Part shown: positions 19,527 to 30,469 of the stretch, piece after piece
How the letters are laid out: every line of letters begins with the position of its first letter
How positions within the stretch are numbered: position 1 is the first letter of the stretch
DNA from: Gammaproteobacteria bacterium
GTDB taxonomy: Bacteria > Pseudomonadota > Gammaproteobacteria > UBA4575
Direction of reading: 5' to 3'
NCBI GenBank assembly: GCA_013001685.1
Contig: JABDMD010000001.1
Span: 10,101-74,100, forward strand
Length of the DNA: 64,000 nucleotides
Position numbers and translations under genes: made by a program
Notes under the pieces: model-generated
What the model was told of the DNA's origin: nothing
The model's input: only the letters and a program-made list of their open reading frames with translations
Databases searched by the model: none

Positions 19527-21533
19527 ATGACCATTGACCAGATACCCGTCATTCTCGGAGGAATAGGCTTAGTAGTTGCCTTTATTATCTATCGAATTAT
19601 TTTGAGTTATTCAGCAGGCAGCGGCAAAGTCGTTGAGATTGGTGAAGAAATTCATAAAGGTGCTATGACCTTTATGCGTCGTGAATATTCTATATTGTTT
19701 ACTTTCGCTGCTTTCGTAGTAGCAGCCATCTGGATCTCAGATCTAGGCTCTAGAACTGCCATCGCGTTTATTATTGGTGCTTTGTGTTCATCCGGAGCGG
19801 GTTATATCGGAATGTACACCGCCACCCGCGCAAACGTACGCACCACTACTGCAGCAAGTGAAAAAGGTGCTGGTGCTGCACTCAATGTTGCTTTCTTTGG
19901 TGGCTCAATTATGGGCCTCACCGTTGCCGCCATGGGCTTACTCGGTCTAGGCGTACTCTATTTAATGTATGGTCGTGATCCTGCAACTGCGAATGTAATT
20001 CACGGCTTCGGCATGGGTGCATCCACAGTAGCATTATTTTCCCGTGTAGGTGGTGGTATCTTCACTAAGAGTGCAGATGTTGGTGCAGACTTAGTAGGAA
20101 AAATTGAAGCTGGCATCCCGGAAGATGATCCACGTAACCCGGGTGTAATTGCCGATAACGTTGGTGATAATGTCGGTGATGTTGCGGGAATGGGTTCCGA
20201 TATTTTTGAATCATATTGCGGATCAATTATTGCCACCATCGCGATTGCAGCAACACTTAGCCCTGCTGTCATTGAACATCTTGGTGCAAAACAAACTCTG
20301 ATGTTTTTGCCACTAGGCCTCGCATCTGTAGGAATTGTTTGTTCTATCCTAGGCATCATTCTAGTCAAAGTATTTTCTGCAAAAGCACCCGCTACGGCAT
20401 TACGAATCGGTACTTTCTCAGCTGCTGTGCTCTTTATCATTGCTGCGTATTTTGTAATACAAGCACTTGCTGTGAGTAATGGCGTATGGGTCGCGGTACT
20501 AACAGGCGCTGTAGGTGGAATTGTTATTGGACTCGTAACCGAGTATTACACCGGTGGTCCTCCTGTAAGAAAAATTGCTAAGGATGGCGAAACTGGTCCT
20601 GCAACCGTAATGATTTCTGGATTAGCTACAGGCATGCAATCAGTGGTTGTTCCAGTGCTATCCATCGCTGCGATAATTTTCTTCGCGAATCATTTTGCTG
20701 ATCTTTATGGTGTTGGGATTGCAGCAGTAGGAATGTTAGCTACGGTAGGAATAACCATGGCGATCGATGCATACGGTCCAGTTGCAGATAATGCAGGCGG
20801 AATTGCAGAAATGGCTGAGCTGGGTGAAGACGTTAGAAAAATTACCGATGGACTTGATGAAGTAGGCAACACAACAGCAGCGATTGGTAAAGGCTTTGCG
20901 ATTGGTGCTGCAGCACTCGCAGCGCTTGCCATCATCACAGCTTTCCTTGCAGAAGTAAGTGCTCATGGTAGCGGTAAAATTATTCTCGATTTAAGTAATC
21001 CGAATGTCTTAATCGGCCTCTTCATTGGTGGCATCTTCCCGTTCATAGTCGCTTCAATGACCATGACCGCAGTAGGCGATGCAGCCTTTGACATGATTAA
21101 AGAAATTCGTCGTCAATTTAAAGAAATCCCTGGCCTGTTAGAAGGCACTGCAAAACCGGATACAGTTCGTTGTGTAGACATCGCAACCACAGCCGCACTA
21201 AAACGCATGATCCCACCAGGCTTGTTAGCGGTAATTGCGCCGGTAGTGGTCGGTTTTGGTTTTGGCGCTGAAACACTTGGCGGCATGCTAGGGGGGGCAT
21301 TACTAGTATGTGTGTTAATGGCCTTAATGATGGCCAACGCCGGTGGTGCATGGGACAACGCTAAAAAGTATGTAGAAAAAGGCAACCTTGGTGGTAAAGG
21401 CTCAGATACGCATACTGCTGTTGTCGTAGGTGACACCGTAGGTGACCCGTTCAAAGACACTTCAGGCCCATCCATGAACATTCTAATTAATGTAATGGCA
21501 ATTGTAAGTTTGGTGATTGCACCGTTACTTTAA
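19527..21533 (+). CDS. hppA: membrane-bound proton-translocating pyrophosphatase
   Basis: 668 aa polytopic protein with H+-PPase motifs ([38 protein letters not shown]). Confidence 0.9.
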   Translation: MTIDQIPVILGGIGLVVAFIIYRIILSYSAGSGKVVEIGEEIHKGAMTFMRREYSILFTFAAFVVAAIWISDLGSRTAIAFIIGALCSSGAGYIGMYTATRANVRTTTAASEKGAGAALNVAFFGGSIMGLTVAAMGLLGLGVLYLMYGRDPATANVIHGFGMGASTVALFSRVGGGIFTKSADVGADLVGKIEAGIPEDDPRNPGVIADNVGDNVGDVAGMGSDIFESYCGSIIATIAIAATLSPAVIEHLGAKQTLMFLPLGLASVGIVCSILGIILVKVFSAKAPATALRIGTFSAAVLFIIAAYFVIQALAVSNGVWVAVLTGAVGGIVIGLVTEYYTGGPPVRKIAKDGETGPATVMISGLATGMQSVVVPVLSIAAIIFFANHFADLYGVGIAAVGMLATVGITMAIDAYGPVADNAGGIAEMAELGEDVRKITDGLDEVGNTTAAIGKGFAIGAAALAALAIITAFLAEVSAHGSGKIILDLSNPNVLIGLFIGGIFPFIVASMTMTAVGDAAFDMIKEIRRQFKEIPGLLEGTAKPDTVRCVDIATTAALKRMIPPGLLAVIAPVVVGFGFGAETLGGMLGGALLVCVLMALMMANAGGAWDNAKKYVEKGNLGGKGSDTHTAVVVGDTVGDPFKDTSGPSMNILINVMAIVSLVIAPLL

Positions 21534-21553
21534 TTATTAACGTTTTGTAAATC

Positions 21554-21588
21554 AAAAACGCCGAATTATTATTCGGCGTTTTTTATTT
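21554..21588 (+). terminator. Rho-independent terminator of hppA
   Basis: aaaaaCGCCGAATtattATTCGGCGtttttt. Confidence 0.7.
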
Positions 21589-21643
21589 AAAATTAGTGCC
21601 GATAAACGAATCAAGATTTTCGCCTACAACCCAATTCGGACAT

Positions 21644-21676
21644 TTAAAAAAAGCCCCATTAAAAATAAAGGGCTTG
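21644..21676 (-). terminator. Rho-independent terminator (minus strand)
   Basis: Minus-strand reading: AAGCCC-13 nt loop-GGGCTT followed by a T7 run. Lies 10 nt after the formamidase-fragment stop. Confidence 0.55.
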
Positions 21677-21685
21677 AGGATACTA

Positions 21686-21829
21686 TTAGGAGGAGTGTAA
21701 AACTCGAAATTCATCACCAGGTTTAACAGTTCGCGAAAATGGAATATCCGGATGCCAACGATTGTGTAATACATCAGCTTGTTCTTCGAGGGTTTTATTA
21801 AAATCAAACTCAATTAACATTTCGATCAT
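21686..21829 (-). pseudogene. acetamidase/formamidase (FmdA_AmdA family) N-terminal remnant
   Basis: A 47-codon ORF (below the track size cutoff; in a different frame from the track's 21583..21813 TTG ORF) reads MIEMLIEFDFNKTLEEQADVLHNRWHPDIPFSRTVKPGDEFRV-LHSS*. The HNRWHPD(I/L)P...VKPGDEFRV block is the conserved FmdA N-terminus as I recall it; the sequence diverges and stops where the catalytic domain should begin. Confidence 0.45.
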
Positions 21830-22134
21830 TCCTACTGAACTCCTATATATTATTCTTTAATCACCCTTTATTAATTTTAGGAATAAAGAGTGGATAAGTT
21901 TTATAGCGCAGGATTCGTGCCATAAATCAGAAACTATTAGAGCAAGCATATACATAGTTCTATATGCACTAAAACAATTTTATGCGCACTTAACAAAGGA
22001 AGAAATTTATTTAATATAATCAAACTATTCACATTAAGCACTAAATAAGTGCCTTACTTAATTTTTTAATATTAGGTTGATTATTTCGAACGGAAATGCC
22101 CGCTTTATATAAGTGGATATTATAGGTTTACTAT

Positions 22135-23460
22135 TTAAGCATGCGAACTATGTTGGCGTGAACGATTGCCTGTTCGTCCTTGGTTGTTTGAACGACCCTT
22201 ATATGGAGACGATGGCGATGGCCGCTGTTTTTTCCTAGAACTAGATTGTTTGTTTCTTGAAGAATTTTTCACACCTAGCCGCTGTTGATTTCGACCCATG
22301 GTAATCGGTTGTGCTTTTATAGTCGGATCTGGCTCAAAGTTTTCTATGATTACTTTCGGTATTTCAATCTTAATAAGGCGTTCAATGTCTTTTAATAACT
22401 TTGCTTCGTCTATACACACTAACGATACGGCTTCACCTTCATGACCCGCACGCCCAGTTCGGCCAATACGATGTATATAGTCTTCTGGAACATGAGGTAA
22501 TTCATAATTCACTACGTGTGGAAGCTGGCTTATGTCCAAACCTCGTGCTGCAATATCGGTTGCAACTAATATTCTCACATTCCCGGATTTAAAATTTGCT
22601 AATGCTTTAGTACGTGCACCCTGGCTCTTACCGCCATGAATAGCGGCAGCATTCAATCCATCCTTAATTAATGCTAGCGCAAGACGATCACAATTACGTT
22701 TTGTACGTGCAAACACTAAAACCTGTTTCCAATTTCCAGATCCAATCAGCAGAGAAAGTAATTTACGTTTTTTCTTACTATCAACCGGATGTACCACTTG
22801 TGTGACTCGTTCAGCCGCAGTATTACGTTGTGCAACTTCAATAAGATCAGGCTTATGGAGTAAGTTGTCAGCTAGCCGTTTAATATCGTTCGAAAACGTA
22901 GCCGAGAACAACAAGGTCTGTTTTTTCTTCGGTAACAGCTTCATAACTTTGCGAATATCATGAATAAAACCCATGTCTAACATGCGATCTGCTTCATCCA
23001 GCACCAGAATTTCTACCCTGGAAAGATCAATTGTAGTTTGACTCACGTGATCTAACAGTCTGCCTGGTGTTGCCACCAGAATATCTACACCATCACGAAG
23101 TTTTTTAATTTGAGGATTAATGCTTACTCCACCGAATACTGCGGCAGAACGAAGCGGCAAATATTTGCCGTACACGCGCACACTTTCAGTGACTTGCGCA
23201 GCCAGTTCACGGGTTGGCGTTAGCACTAAAGCCCGAATTGCACGACGACCCTTTTCTGGTTTACTCGACATTAAACGTTGTAACAATGGCAAAGTAAAAC
23301 CAGCGGTTTTACCCGTTCCGGTTTGCGCGCCACCCATGAGATCTCGCCCATCCAAAATAGGCGGAATGGCTTGGGATTGTATGGGTGTAGGTGTGCGGTA
23401 GCCTTTTTCAGACGCAGCACGGAGCAATTCGGTTCTTAAACCGAGTGATTCAAATGACAT
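22135..23460 (-). CDS. rhlE: ATP-dependent DEAD-box RNA helicase
   Basis: Q-motif, AQTGTGKT (motif I), [15 protein letters not shown], and an Arg/Ser-rich basic C-terminal tail. Confidence 0.85.
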   Translation of the reverse strand: MSFESLGLRTELLRAASEKGYRTPTPIQSQAIPPILDGRDLMGGAQTGTGKTAGFTLPLLQRLMSSKPEKGRRAIRALVLTPTRELAAQVTESVRVYGKYLPLRSAAVFGGVSINPQIKKLRDGVDILVATPGRLLDHVSQTTIDLSRVEILVLDEADRMLDMGFIHDIRKVMKLLPKKKQTLLFSATFSNDIKRLADNLLHKPDLIEVAQRNTAAERVTQVVHPVDSKKKRKLLSLLIGSGNWKQVLVFARTKRNCDRLALALIKDGLNAAAIHGGKSQGARTKALANFKSGNVRILVATDIAARGLDISQLPHVVNYELPHVPEDYIHRIGRTGRAGHEGEAVSLVCIDEAKLLKDIERLIKIEIPKVIIENFEPDPTIKAQPITMGRNQQRLGVKNSSRNKQSSSRKKQRPSPSSPYKGRSNNQGRTGNRSRQHSSHA

Positions 23461-23717
23461 TTATTTACTATCTCCAGAAATCAGCCCACCCAAGGTATGC
23501 ACTAAGCATATGTTTTGGAATGGTCTAGGCGAAAACTATTTTGTGTTTATTTTAGTTTTTTGAGGTGAATCGGGACGATTACCGCTTTGAACAAGGATGC
23601 AGACCAATGTGCACCTTAGATTGAATAGTCACTATAGCAGGTTTTTTAAACAACATAACTACTCAAAGGGCTAGTACTATATATTACCAAAATCAATACA
23701 TCTAAATCTAAAAGTTT

Positions 23718-26700
23718 CTATGCAGGGCTTTCCTTCATAGACCTAATCTTTGCAGAAGTATAGTTACGCAAATCATCTGCAATCATATAAAAGCATGGCA
23801 GCACGACCAGTATCAGCATGGTCGCAAAAATCAAACCAAACCCCAAACTTACTGCCATGGGCGAAAGAAATGCAGTTTGACCACTAGCAAAAAATATTAA
23901 CGGCGAAATTCCTAAAAAAGTAGTTACTGTTGTAAGCAAGATCGGGCGAATGCGCACACGCCCTGCTTCAACCAGCGCATCAAAACAATCTTCTCCATCA
24001 GCCATTTTCTTTTTAGCAAAGTCAATCAGTATTAGTGAATCGTTTACAACGATACCCGTCAATGCAAGAAAACCTATCATGGATAAAAACTGCAAGTTAT
24101 AACCAAACAGAATATGGCCAACAATCACACCCACAATCGCAAAAGGTATCGCGAACATGATTACAAATGGATCGAGCAATGATTTAAATAATGCAGCCAA
24201 GATAAAAAAGATTACTGCTAGTGCAATCACTAACATCTTACCTATATCATTAAATGAATCCTGAGCTTCTTTTTTCTCGCCTAAAAACAACAATGAGTAG
24301 CCAAAGTGGTCGTCACTTAAGGTTTTAAATTCTTCTTCTAAAAGTGCAGTTACCTCAAGTGGAGTAATGGCATCCTTATCTACTTCAGCAGTAATTAATG
24401 ACAAACGTTTTGAATCTCGCCGTTGCACTGCACCCAAACCACGACCTAGCTCAATATTAGCAACCTCACCCAAATAAACTGTTCCCCCACTATCTAGAGT
24501 AATTGGTAATCGATTTAATCCTGCGCCATCTTCACGAATCGAATCAGGATAAATTACTCGCACAGGGTAACGATCCGCTTCCCAATTCACTTGCATCACT
24601 TCTAAGCCTAAATAGCCTGTACGAACTGCATCTGCAATTTGGGTTTGCGTAAGACCCAACTCTCGCCCACGTGCATTAATGGTGTATTGATACTCAAGCT
24701 TGCCGGGTTCTAAATCTTGGCGCACATCCCTCACACCAGGTATGCGACGCAAAAACGTTACCACTTCACCCGACAAACTAAGTAACTTTTCAGTCTCTTT
24801 GCCAACAATCCCTACTTCAATGTCCGAACCTGCAGGACCACCTTGTGGACGCAAGATAGAAAAGCGCTGAATACCGGGTATCGTCGCAACACTTTCTCTG
24901 ACTTCATTTAATATGGTTTCTGTACTACGCTCTCTAACGCCTTGCGCTGTAAAACGCATATTCACCAGTGGGCTTACAAATTTTTCGACAACCCCTTTTG
25001 GTTTTGGTTTTTTTAAATCCACCACAAACTGAATATAGTTACTACCAAGCTTTAAACGATTGAAATCAATTAGCGTCACGCCTACATTAGTTAGTAACGT
25101 ATCCAGTTCGTTTTCTTGAAAAATTCCATCGAATCGCTTTTCAATTTCAATAGCAAGTTCAGTAGTATCTTCAATGCTATACGTATTTGGTGCTTCTATA
25201 TTTACTAGGAACTGTCCGATCTCAACATCACCGAATTGATTGTATGGCATATGTGTTTTTGCAAATACTAGCACAACACTTAATACACCAATGGTCGCTG
25301 CAGAAATAAAGTAGCGATTTCGCAGCGCATATTTCACAACAAAAATGTATTTCTCTAACCATTTATTCCAATTAATTCTACTGTGCTTCTTTTTCTTGGT
25401 TAAGCGTAACATTTCAGCCGAATGCGAAGGCAAAACAATAAAGGCTTCTAATAATGAACCAACCAGTGATGCTGTAACCACAACTGGAATCACTTGTATA
25501 AATAAACCCAATGTTCCTGATACACCAAACATTGGTAAGAACGCAGCAACCGTAGTACAAGTAGAAGCCATTACTGGCCAAAATACTTCCTTCGCACCAC
25601 GCTGTGCAGCTGCAACTGCCTGCATACCATTTTCCATATGACGATAAGAATTTTCGGTAACGATGATGGCATCATCCACGATCATTCCCAGCGCAATCAA
25701 GAACGCAAACATTGAAACCATATTAATGGTGTAGCCAAGGTAATAAATAATGATAACGGCAACCAAGAACGAAACTGGTATCCCCATTGCTGTAATCGCA
25801 GCAACTCTAAAATTTAGAAATAAATATAGTGACAATAAGACCAGCACTAATCCCACTGCACCAGAAGACTTTAAAGTTTCTAAACGAGTTTTTACATAGA
25901 TAGATAAATCACTAAACAATCCTACTTTTATTCCAGCTGGGAGTTCCTTTTGCAACTGTGCTGCAAGGTCACGAGTTAATTTTGAAACCTCTATTGTTGA
26001 AGCTTTGGCCGTTTTAGTGATGGTCAGATTAACAGACGGTTTGTTGTTGAAACGCCCTAACGTTTTAGTTTCTTCCAGCCTTAGTTGCACATCAGCAACT
26101 TCGCCTAATACAAGCTGACCTCCACCGCTATCACTACGTAAAACAATCCTTTTAGTAGCTTCAATATTGGGTGCTGCGCCCTTACCTCGCAGCAAAATAT
26201 CCCCTTCCGATGCTTTGAGTGATCCACCTGGCAAATCTCTAAGGTTATTACGCAATGCTGAGATGACTTCGTTTAATGAAACACTGCGTGCAGACATAAT
26301 AAATGGATCAACTTCAACCCATAATTCCCATTCACGCTCACCTGCAATACTTACGCTGGCAACTCCATCAATTTGCTGTAAACGACTTTTAATATCTTTA
26401 GCTGATTGCACCAGCGTACCAGGTGAAACATCTCCATATACACTTAGGCTGATGACTGGAAAACGCGTTTTCAAGCGTGTGATATTTGGTCGTTCGGATT
26501 CTTCTGGAAGATCAGTTATCGCTTCAACTGTTGCACGCAAGTCGCGAACGAATTCATCTACATCTGCGTCTGGCTTGAGATCAATAACAATTTTAGAAAT
26601 GCCTTCATTACTCTCTGATGTGACTACATCAATATCTGGTAATAAATCCAACTCTTCTTCGATAGGTATAGTTACTTGCGATTCAACTTCTTCAGGAGGC

Positions 26701-26861
26701 GCACCTTCAAATTCAGTACTGATACGAACCTTATCAATTTCAACTACCGGAAACATTTCTTGCGGCATACTGCGCCAAGAAATTACACCTAAGACAACAA
26801 TGAGTATTAAAAAAAGATTTACTACGAGAGGATTTTTGATTGAAAAATTAATGATTCCCAT
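23718..26861 (-). CDS. RND-family efflux transporter permease (AcrB/MdtB-like)
   Basis: 1047 aa. 12-TM RND topology with two large periplasmic loops. Confidence 0.85.
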   Translation of the reverse strand: MGIINFSIKNPLVVNLFLILIVVLGVISWRSMPQEMFPVVEIDKVRISTEFEGAPPEEVESQVTIPIEEELDLLPDIDVVTSESNEGISKIVIDLKPDADVDEFVRDLRATVEAITDLPEESERPNITRLKTRFPVISLSVYGDVSPGTLVQSAKDIKSRLQQIDGVASVSIAGEREWELWVEVDPFIMSARSVSLNEVISALRNNLRDLPGGSLKASEGDILLRGKGAAPNIEATKRIVLRSDSGGGQLVLGEVADVQLRLEETKTLGRFNNKPSVNLTITKTAKASTIEVSKLTRDLAAQLQKELPAGIKVGLFSDLSIYVKTRLETLKSSGAVGLVLVLLSLYLFLNFRVAAITAMGIPVSFLVAVIIIYYLGYTINMVSMFAFLIALGMIVDDAIIVTENSYRHMENGMQAVAAAQRGAKEVFWPVMASTCTTVAAFLPMFGVSGTLGLFIQVIPVVVTASLVGSLLEAFIVLPSHSAEMLRLTKKKKHSRINWNKWLEKYIFVVKYALRNRYFISAATIGVLSVVLVFAKTHMPYNQFGDVEIGQFLVNIEAPNTYSIEDTTELAIEIEKRFDGIFQENELDTLLTNVGVTLIDFNRLKLGSNYIQFVVDLKKPKPKGVVEKFVSPLVNMRFTAQGVRERSTETILNEVRESVATIPGIQRFSILRPQGGPAGSDIEVGIVGKETEKLLSLSGEVVTFLRRIPGVRDVRQDLEPGKLEYQYTINARGRELGLTQTQIADAVRTGYLGLEVMQVNWEADRYPVRVIYPDSIREDGAGLNRLPITLDSGGTVYLGEVANIELGRGLGAVQRRDSKRLSLITAEVDKDAITPLEVTALLEEEFKTLSDDHFGYSLLFLGEKKEAQDSFNDIGKMLVIALAVIFFILAALFKSLLDPFVIMFAIPFAIVGVIVGHILFGYNLQFLSMIGFLALTGIVVNDSLILIDFAKKKMADGEDCFDALVEAGRVRIRPILLTTVTTFLGISPLIFFASGQTAFLSPMAVSLGFGLIFATMLILVVLPCFYMIADDLRNYTSAKIRSMKESPA

Positions 26862-26894
26862 GACTAAAAATTATATATTTTCAGTAAAAGGAAA

Positions 26895-28091
26895 TTAGTT
26901 AGCTTCAGCGATTACGCGCTGACCATCTTTTAGCCCAGCAACATCACGTGCTACTATTTGCACACCTGCTTCTACACCAGATGCAATAATATATTTACTA
27001 CCAACTCTATTACTCACTACAACAGGAAGTTTATCTAATACACCATCCTGATAGCTATATACAAAACTTTCGCCAGCATTAGTTGAAACTGCAGACACTG
27101 GCACCGTTAGCACATCAACTTGTTGACTTAGTGGCACATCTGCACTCGCCAGCATTCCAGATTGCACCTGATCGCCAGGTAAACGTATGCGAATCGCATG
27201 TGTGTTGGTAGAAATATTTGGATCTGGTTGAAGCGCTATCAATTTTCCCGGAATGGTATTTGAGCCAACAAGTACATTGATTTCTTGATTAAGTTTTAAG
27301 GCTGCAACTACCTCTCCACGAACATCAAGTTGTAAATCTAAAGAACTGGTATCTACTACGATTGCTACAATTTGTGTAGCGGTGACATAGTCACCAACTT
27401 CAACATTAACTTCATTTACGTAACCTGAAAAAGGTGCAACTAGTGTCGCGCGCTCTAAGTTTCGTTGCGTTAAATCACGTTCAGACTCCTTCAGTGCTAC
27501 TCTGGCTTTTGAAGTAGTTACTTTGTATTGCAGATCAGAAACTTGCGAATCTAGCGTTAACATTTGTTGACGTGCTGCATCAAGTTGCGATGCAGATATT
27601 AATGAATCACTATTTAACTGCTCATAACGTTGTACTTCGGCTTTTTGCAATTCTAAATTTTGTTTAGCCAACTTAAGCATTCGTTGATCACGTCGTATAC
27701 CTGCCTGCTCGATATCATATTGAGACTGAGATTGAATGAATTGATCTTGCAAATCTTGAGCATCAAGTTTTATTAATTCATTGCCTTGCTCTACAAATAC
27801 ACCTGGCTCGACCAAGCGCTCTTTAACTCGCCCCTGCACTTCAAATTTAAGTTGCGCGGTTCTTACTGGCTGTAAACGTCCAGTTAATGATTCAGTTGGT
27901 GATAGGTCTTGGCGTTGCACTTCTAAAAGCACCACCTTCAGTGGCGGCAGCTCTTCTAGCTTGGCTTCAGGCCCTTTTTTTGTCCAAACCAATGCAACCA
28001 CCAACACAACAGCCGTAGCTATCGCGATTAAGCTAGCAACCAGCTGCCTAGAAGTGCTGGTATTGCCTTGAAGATGTGCAGAATCAGTCAA
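26895..28091 (-). CDS. RND efflux periplasmic adaptor (membrane fusion protein)
   Basis: N-terminal TM anchor, coiled-coil hairpin, lipoyl and beta-barrel domains; immediately upstream of the RND permease. Confidence 0.8.
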   Translation of the reverse strand: MTDSAHLQGNTSTSRQLVASLIAIATAVVLVVALVWTKKGPEAKLEELPPLKVVLLEVQRQDLSPTESLTGRLQPVRTAQLKFEVQGRVKERLVEPGVFVEQGNELIKLDAQDLQDQFIQSQSQYDIEQAGIRRDQRMLKLAKQNLELQKAEVQRYEQLNSDSLISASQLDAARQQMLTLDSQVSDLQYKVTTSKARVALKESERDLTQRNLERATLVAPFSGYVNEVNVEVGDYVTATQIVAIVVDTSSLDLQLDVRGEVVAALKLNQEINVLVGSNTIPGKLIALQPDPNISTNTHAIRIRLPGDQVQSGMLASADVPLSQQVDVLTVPVSAVSTNAGESFVYSYQDGVLDKLPVVVSNRVGSKYIIASGVEAGVQIVARDVAGLKDGQRVIAEAN

Positions 28092-28211
28092 TGCTTCACC
28101 TTAAAACTGTTACACTATAATTGCCTGATTATCAGATAGGCTAAGTGGTTAAATCCAATAAAAATAAATACTAAAAGTCCTTACTAGCAACCAATACTGT
28201 ACCTATATTCC

Positions 28212-30467
28212 GTGTTGACAAAAGCCTTAAGCAAGCTGTGTGTATCCGTTTTAACGCTAGCATGCATACTCTTATGTACCTGGGCCCAGGCAGCAGATAG
28301 TCCTTATGGCCTATGCAGTGACAGCTCAGTAACGGAGTCTAGCCAGAAAGTTATACCTATAGACCCCAATATCCCTGCAGAGTTTACCGCAGATCAAGCA
28401 AAACGCGATGAAAATGGAATCGCAATATTAGAAGGTACTGTGCATATGAAGCGTGGCACACAGAAAGTCGACGCAGAAAAACTTGAATATGACGAAAACA
28501 ATAAACACGTTACCGCAAGTGGCAATGTTCGGGCCGAAGATCAACAACTAATAATCAAAAGCCAAGAAGCAGAACTTAATCTGGAAACTGATTATGCAAA
28601 ATCGAATGACGCCAGTTACTTCTATAAGCCACTACATGCAAGCGGCAAAGCAAAAAGTATTGAACGTAAATCAGCTGACTTTGTGCGATTTGAAAACACA
28701 ACCTATAGCACATGCGAAGAAGACGATCGCACATGGGAATTATCTGCCGATGAAGTTGACTTAGACAAAAATACTGGCGACGGTATCGGAAGAGATGTAA
28801 CCGTAAAATTTAAAGGAGTGCCGATCTTTTATACACCTTGGATTCGTTTTCCAATTGACGATCGACGCAAAACTGGATTCTTAACCCCAACAATCGGCAA
28901 TTCAAATAATTCTGGATTTGAACTTGAAACACCATGGTATTGGAATATTGCACCAAACAAAGATGCTATTTTTGCGCCAAAATTACTGACTGATAGAGGC
29001 TTACAACTGAAATCTAATTTTCGATATTTAAATCAGAAAAGTTATGGTCAATTTGGCTTGGAATACTTGGACGACAGCGAATTTAAAGATGATCGGTATT
29101 TGACGAATTTTAAACATCTCAGTCAATTTACACCTAAATTACAACTTGATCTGTTATATAATAAAGTCTCAGATGAGAACTATTTTGAAGACTTGGGTGA
29201 TGGTTTAGGCATTACCAGCACCTCATTCCTTGAGCGTCGCAGTGACCTTAATTATAACACTGAACATTGGAATTTTTTGGCACGCGCGCAAAGCTTTCAA
29301 GTTACTGATGAGAGCATACTTAATGTTGACAAACCTTTTAAACGTGTACCGCAAATTAAATTGGATAGTAATTATTACAACCTGCTCAGTGGATTTGATC
29401 TCAGCTCCGAAAGTGAATGGGTGCAGTTTGAACACGACGACAAAATTGATGGCGACCGCCTGCATTTAGGTATTGAACTTGAGCATCCCTTTGAGAGTAA
29501 CGCTTTCTTTATTCGCCCTGGCGCACGACTTACGCATACTGAATATGATTTAAATCGTAGAGATGGTGTAGATAACAAACCTTCGCGCAGTTTGCCCAGT
29601 GCACATTTAGATGCAGGACTAATATTTGAAAAGAATTTAAAAAAATCAGCCCACATTCAAACTTTAGAGCCACGTTTATACTACTTACACACGCCATTTC
29701 GTAATCAAGAAGATATTCCAATATTTGATACTGATGAATATGATTTTGGTTTTGAACAATTATTTCGTGATGATCGCTTCAGCGGTAGTGATCGAATTGG
29801 AGATGCCGATCGTTTAAGTGTTGGTTTTACTACACGTGTACTTGATCTTGAAGATGGTAGTGAAAAATTCCGCGCCAGCTTAGGACGAATCTTTTATTTT
29901 CGTGACCGTAAAGTTACTCTACCTGATGAACCCCGCGAGAATGAGGATTCTTCAGAAATTGCGGCCGAACTCAAAATTGGTCTGCATGATCGCTGGGAAG
30001 CTATTGCATCGGTTCTTTATGATACGCATGATGACGAAACTGAAAGAAACTCAGTACGCTTTCAATACCACAGTGAGAATGATTTTATCTTCAACATGTC
30101 TTATCGTTACCGTAACAGAGATATTGAGCCTATCGACCCACTAACCAACAGACGCGTTAGTCTTGAACAATCTGATATTTCTATGGTGCTACCAATCAAT
30201 GAGCATTGGCGGGCTGTAACACGCTGGAACTATGACTTACAAGAAAAACGCAACTTAGAGCAATTAGTAGGGGTCGAATACGACACTTGCTGTTGGAAGC
30301 TACGCCTGGCAGGACGGCGCTATAATCAAAACACTGATGAAGACTATAATAATACTATAGAGCTTCAGCTTGTATTAAAGGGATTGGGCCAAATAGGATC
30401 ACCGATTGGTGAATTACTTGAACGTGGCATTCGTGGTTATGATGCCAGAGATGATGAGTATTTTTAA
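28212..30467 (+). CDS. lptD: LPS-assembly outer-membrane protein LptD
   Basis: 751 aa with signal peptide and OstA N-terminal domain; conserved position upstream of surA. Confidence 0.85.
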   Translation: MLTKALSKLCVSVLTLACILLCTWAQAADSPYGLCSDSSVTESSQKVIPIDPNIPAEFTADQAKRDENGIAILEGTVHMKRGTQKVDAEKLEYDENNKHVTASGNVRAEDQQLIIKSQEAELNLETDYAKSNDASYFYKPLHASGKAKSIERKSADFVRFENTTYSTCEEDDRTWELSADEVDLDKNTGDGIGRDVTVKFKGVPIFYTPWIRFPIDDRRKTGFLTPTIGNSNNSGFELETPWYWNIAPNKDAIFAPKLLTDRGLQLKSNFRYLNQKSYGQFGLEYLDDSEFKDDRYLTNFKHLSQFTPKLQLDLLYNKVSDENYFEDLGDGLGITSTSFLERRSDLNYNTEHWNFLARAQSFQVTDESILNVDKPFKRVPQIKLDSNYYNLLSGFDLSSESEWVQFEHDDKIDGDRLHLGIELEHPFESNAFFIRPGARLTHTEYDLNRRDGVDNKPSRSLPSAHLDAGLIFEKNLKKSAHIQTLEPRLYYLHTPFRNQEDIPIFDTDEYDFGFEQLFRDDRFSGSDRIGDADRLSVGFTTRVLDLEDGSEKFRASLGRIFYFRDRKVTLPDEPRENEDSSEIAAELKIGLHDRWEAIASVLYDTHDDETERNSVRFQYHSENDFIFNMSYRYRNRDIEPIDPLTNRRVSLEQSDISMVLPINEHWRAVTRWNYDLQEKRNLEQLVGVEYDTCCWKLRLAGRRYNQNTDEDYNNTIELQLVLKGLGQIGSPIGELLERGIRGYDARDDEYF

Positions 30468-30469
30468 CG

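Noticed and set aside
20000-21481. Several 77-146-aa ORFs antisense to hppA (Ala/Pro/Ser-rich)
   Set aside because: These are typical mirror ORFs of a codon-biased membrane-protein gene. They have no SD and are fully contained in hppA.
21583-21813. 76-aa minus-strand track ORF (TTG start)
   Set aside because: It reads straight through a Rho-independent terminator hairpin. A different frame of the same strand gives the conserved FmdA N-terminal remnant instead.
26167-26898. 243-aa ORF antisense to the RND permease
   Set aside because: It lies entirely within the RND gene on the opposite strand, has Ser/Thr-rich low complexity, and no start context.
29223-29721. Cluster of short ORFs on both strands inside lptD
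   Set aside because: They are internal to the 751-aa lptD reading frame, so they are chance ORFs in AT-rich DNA.
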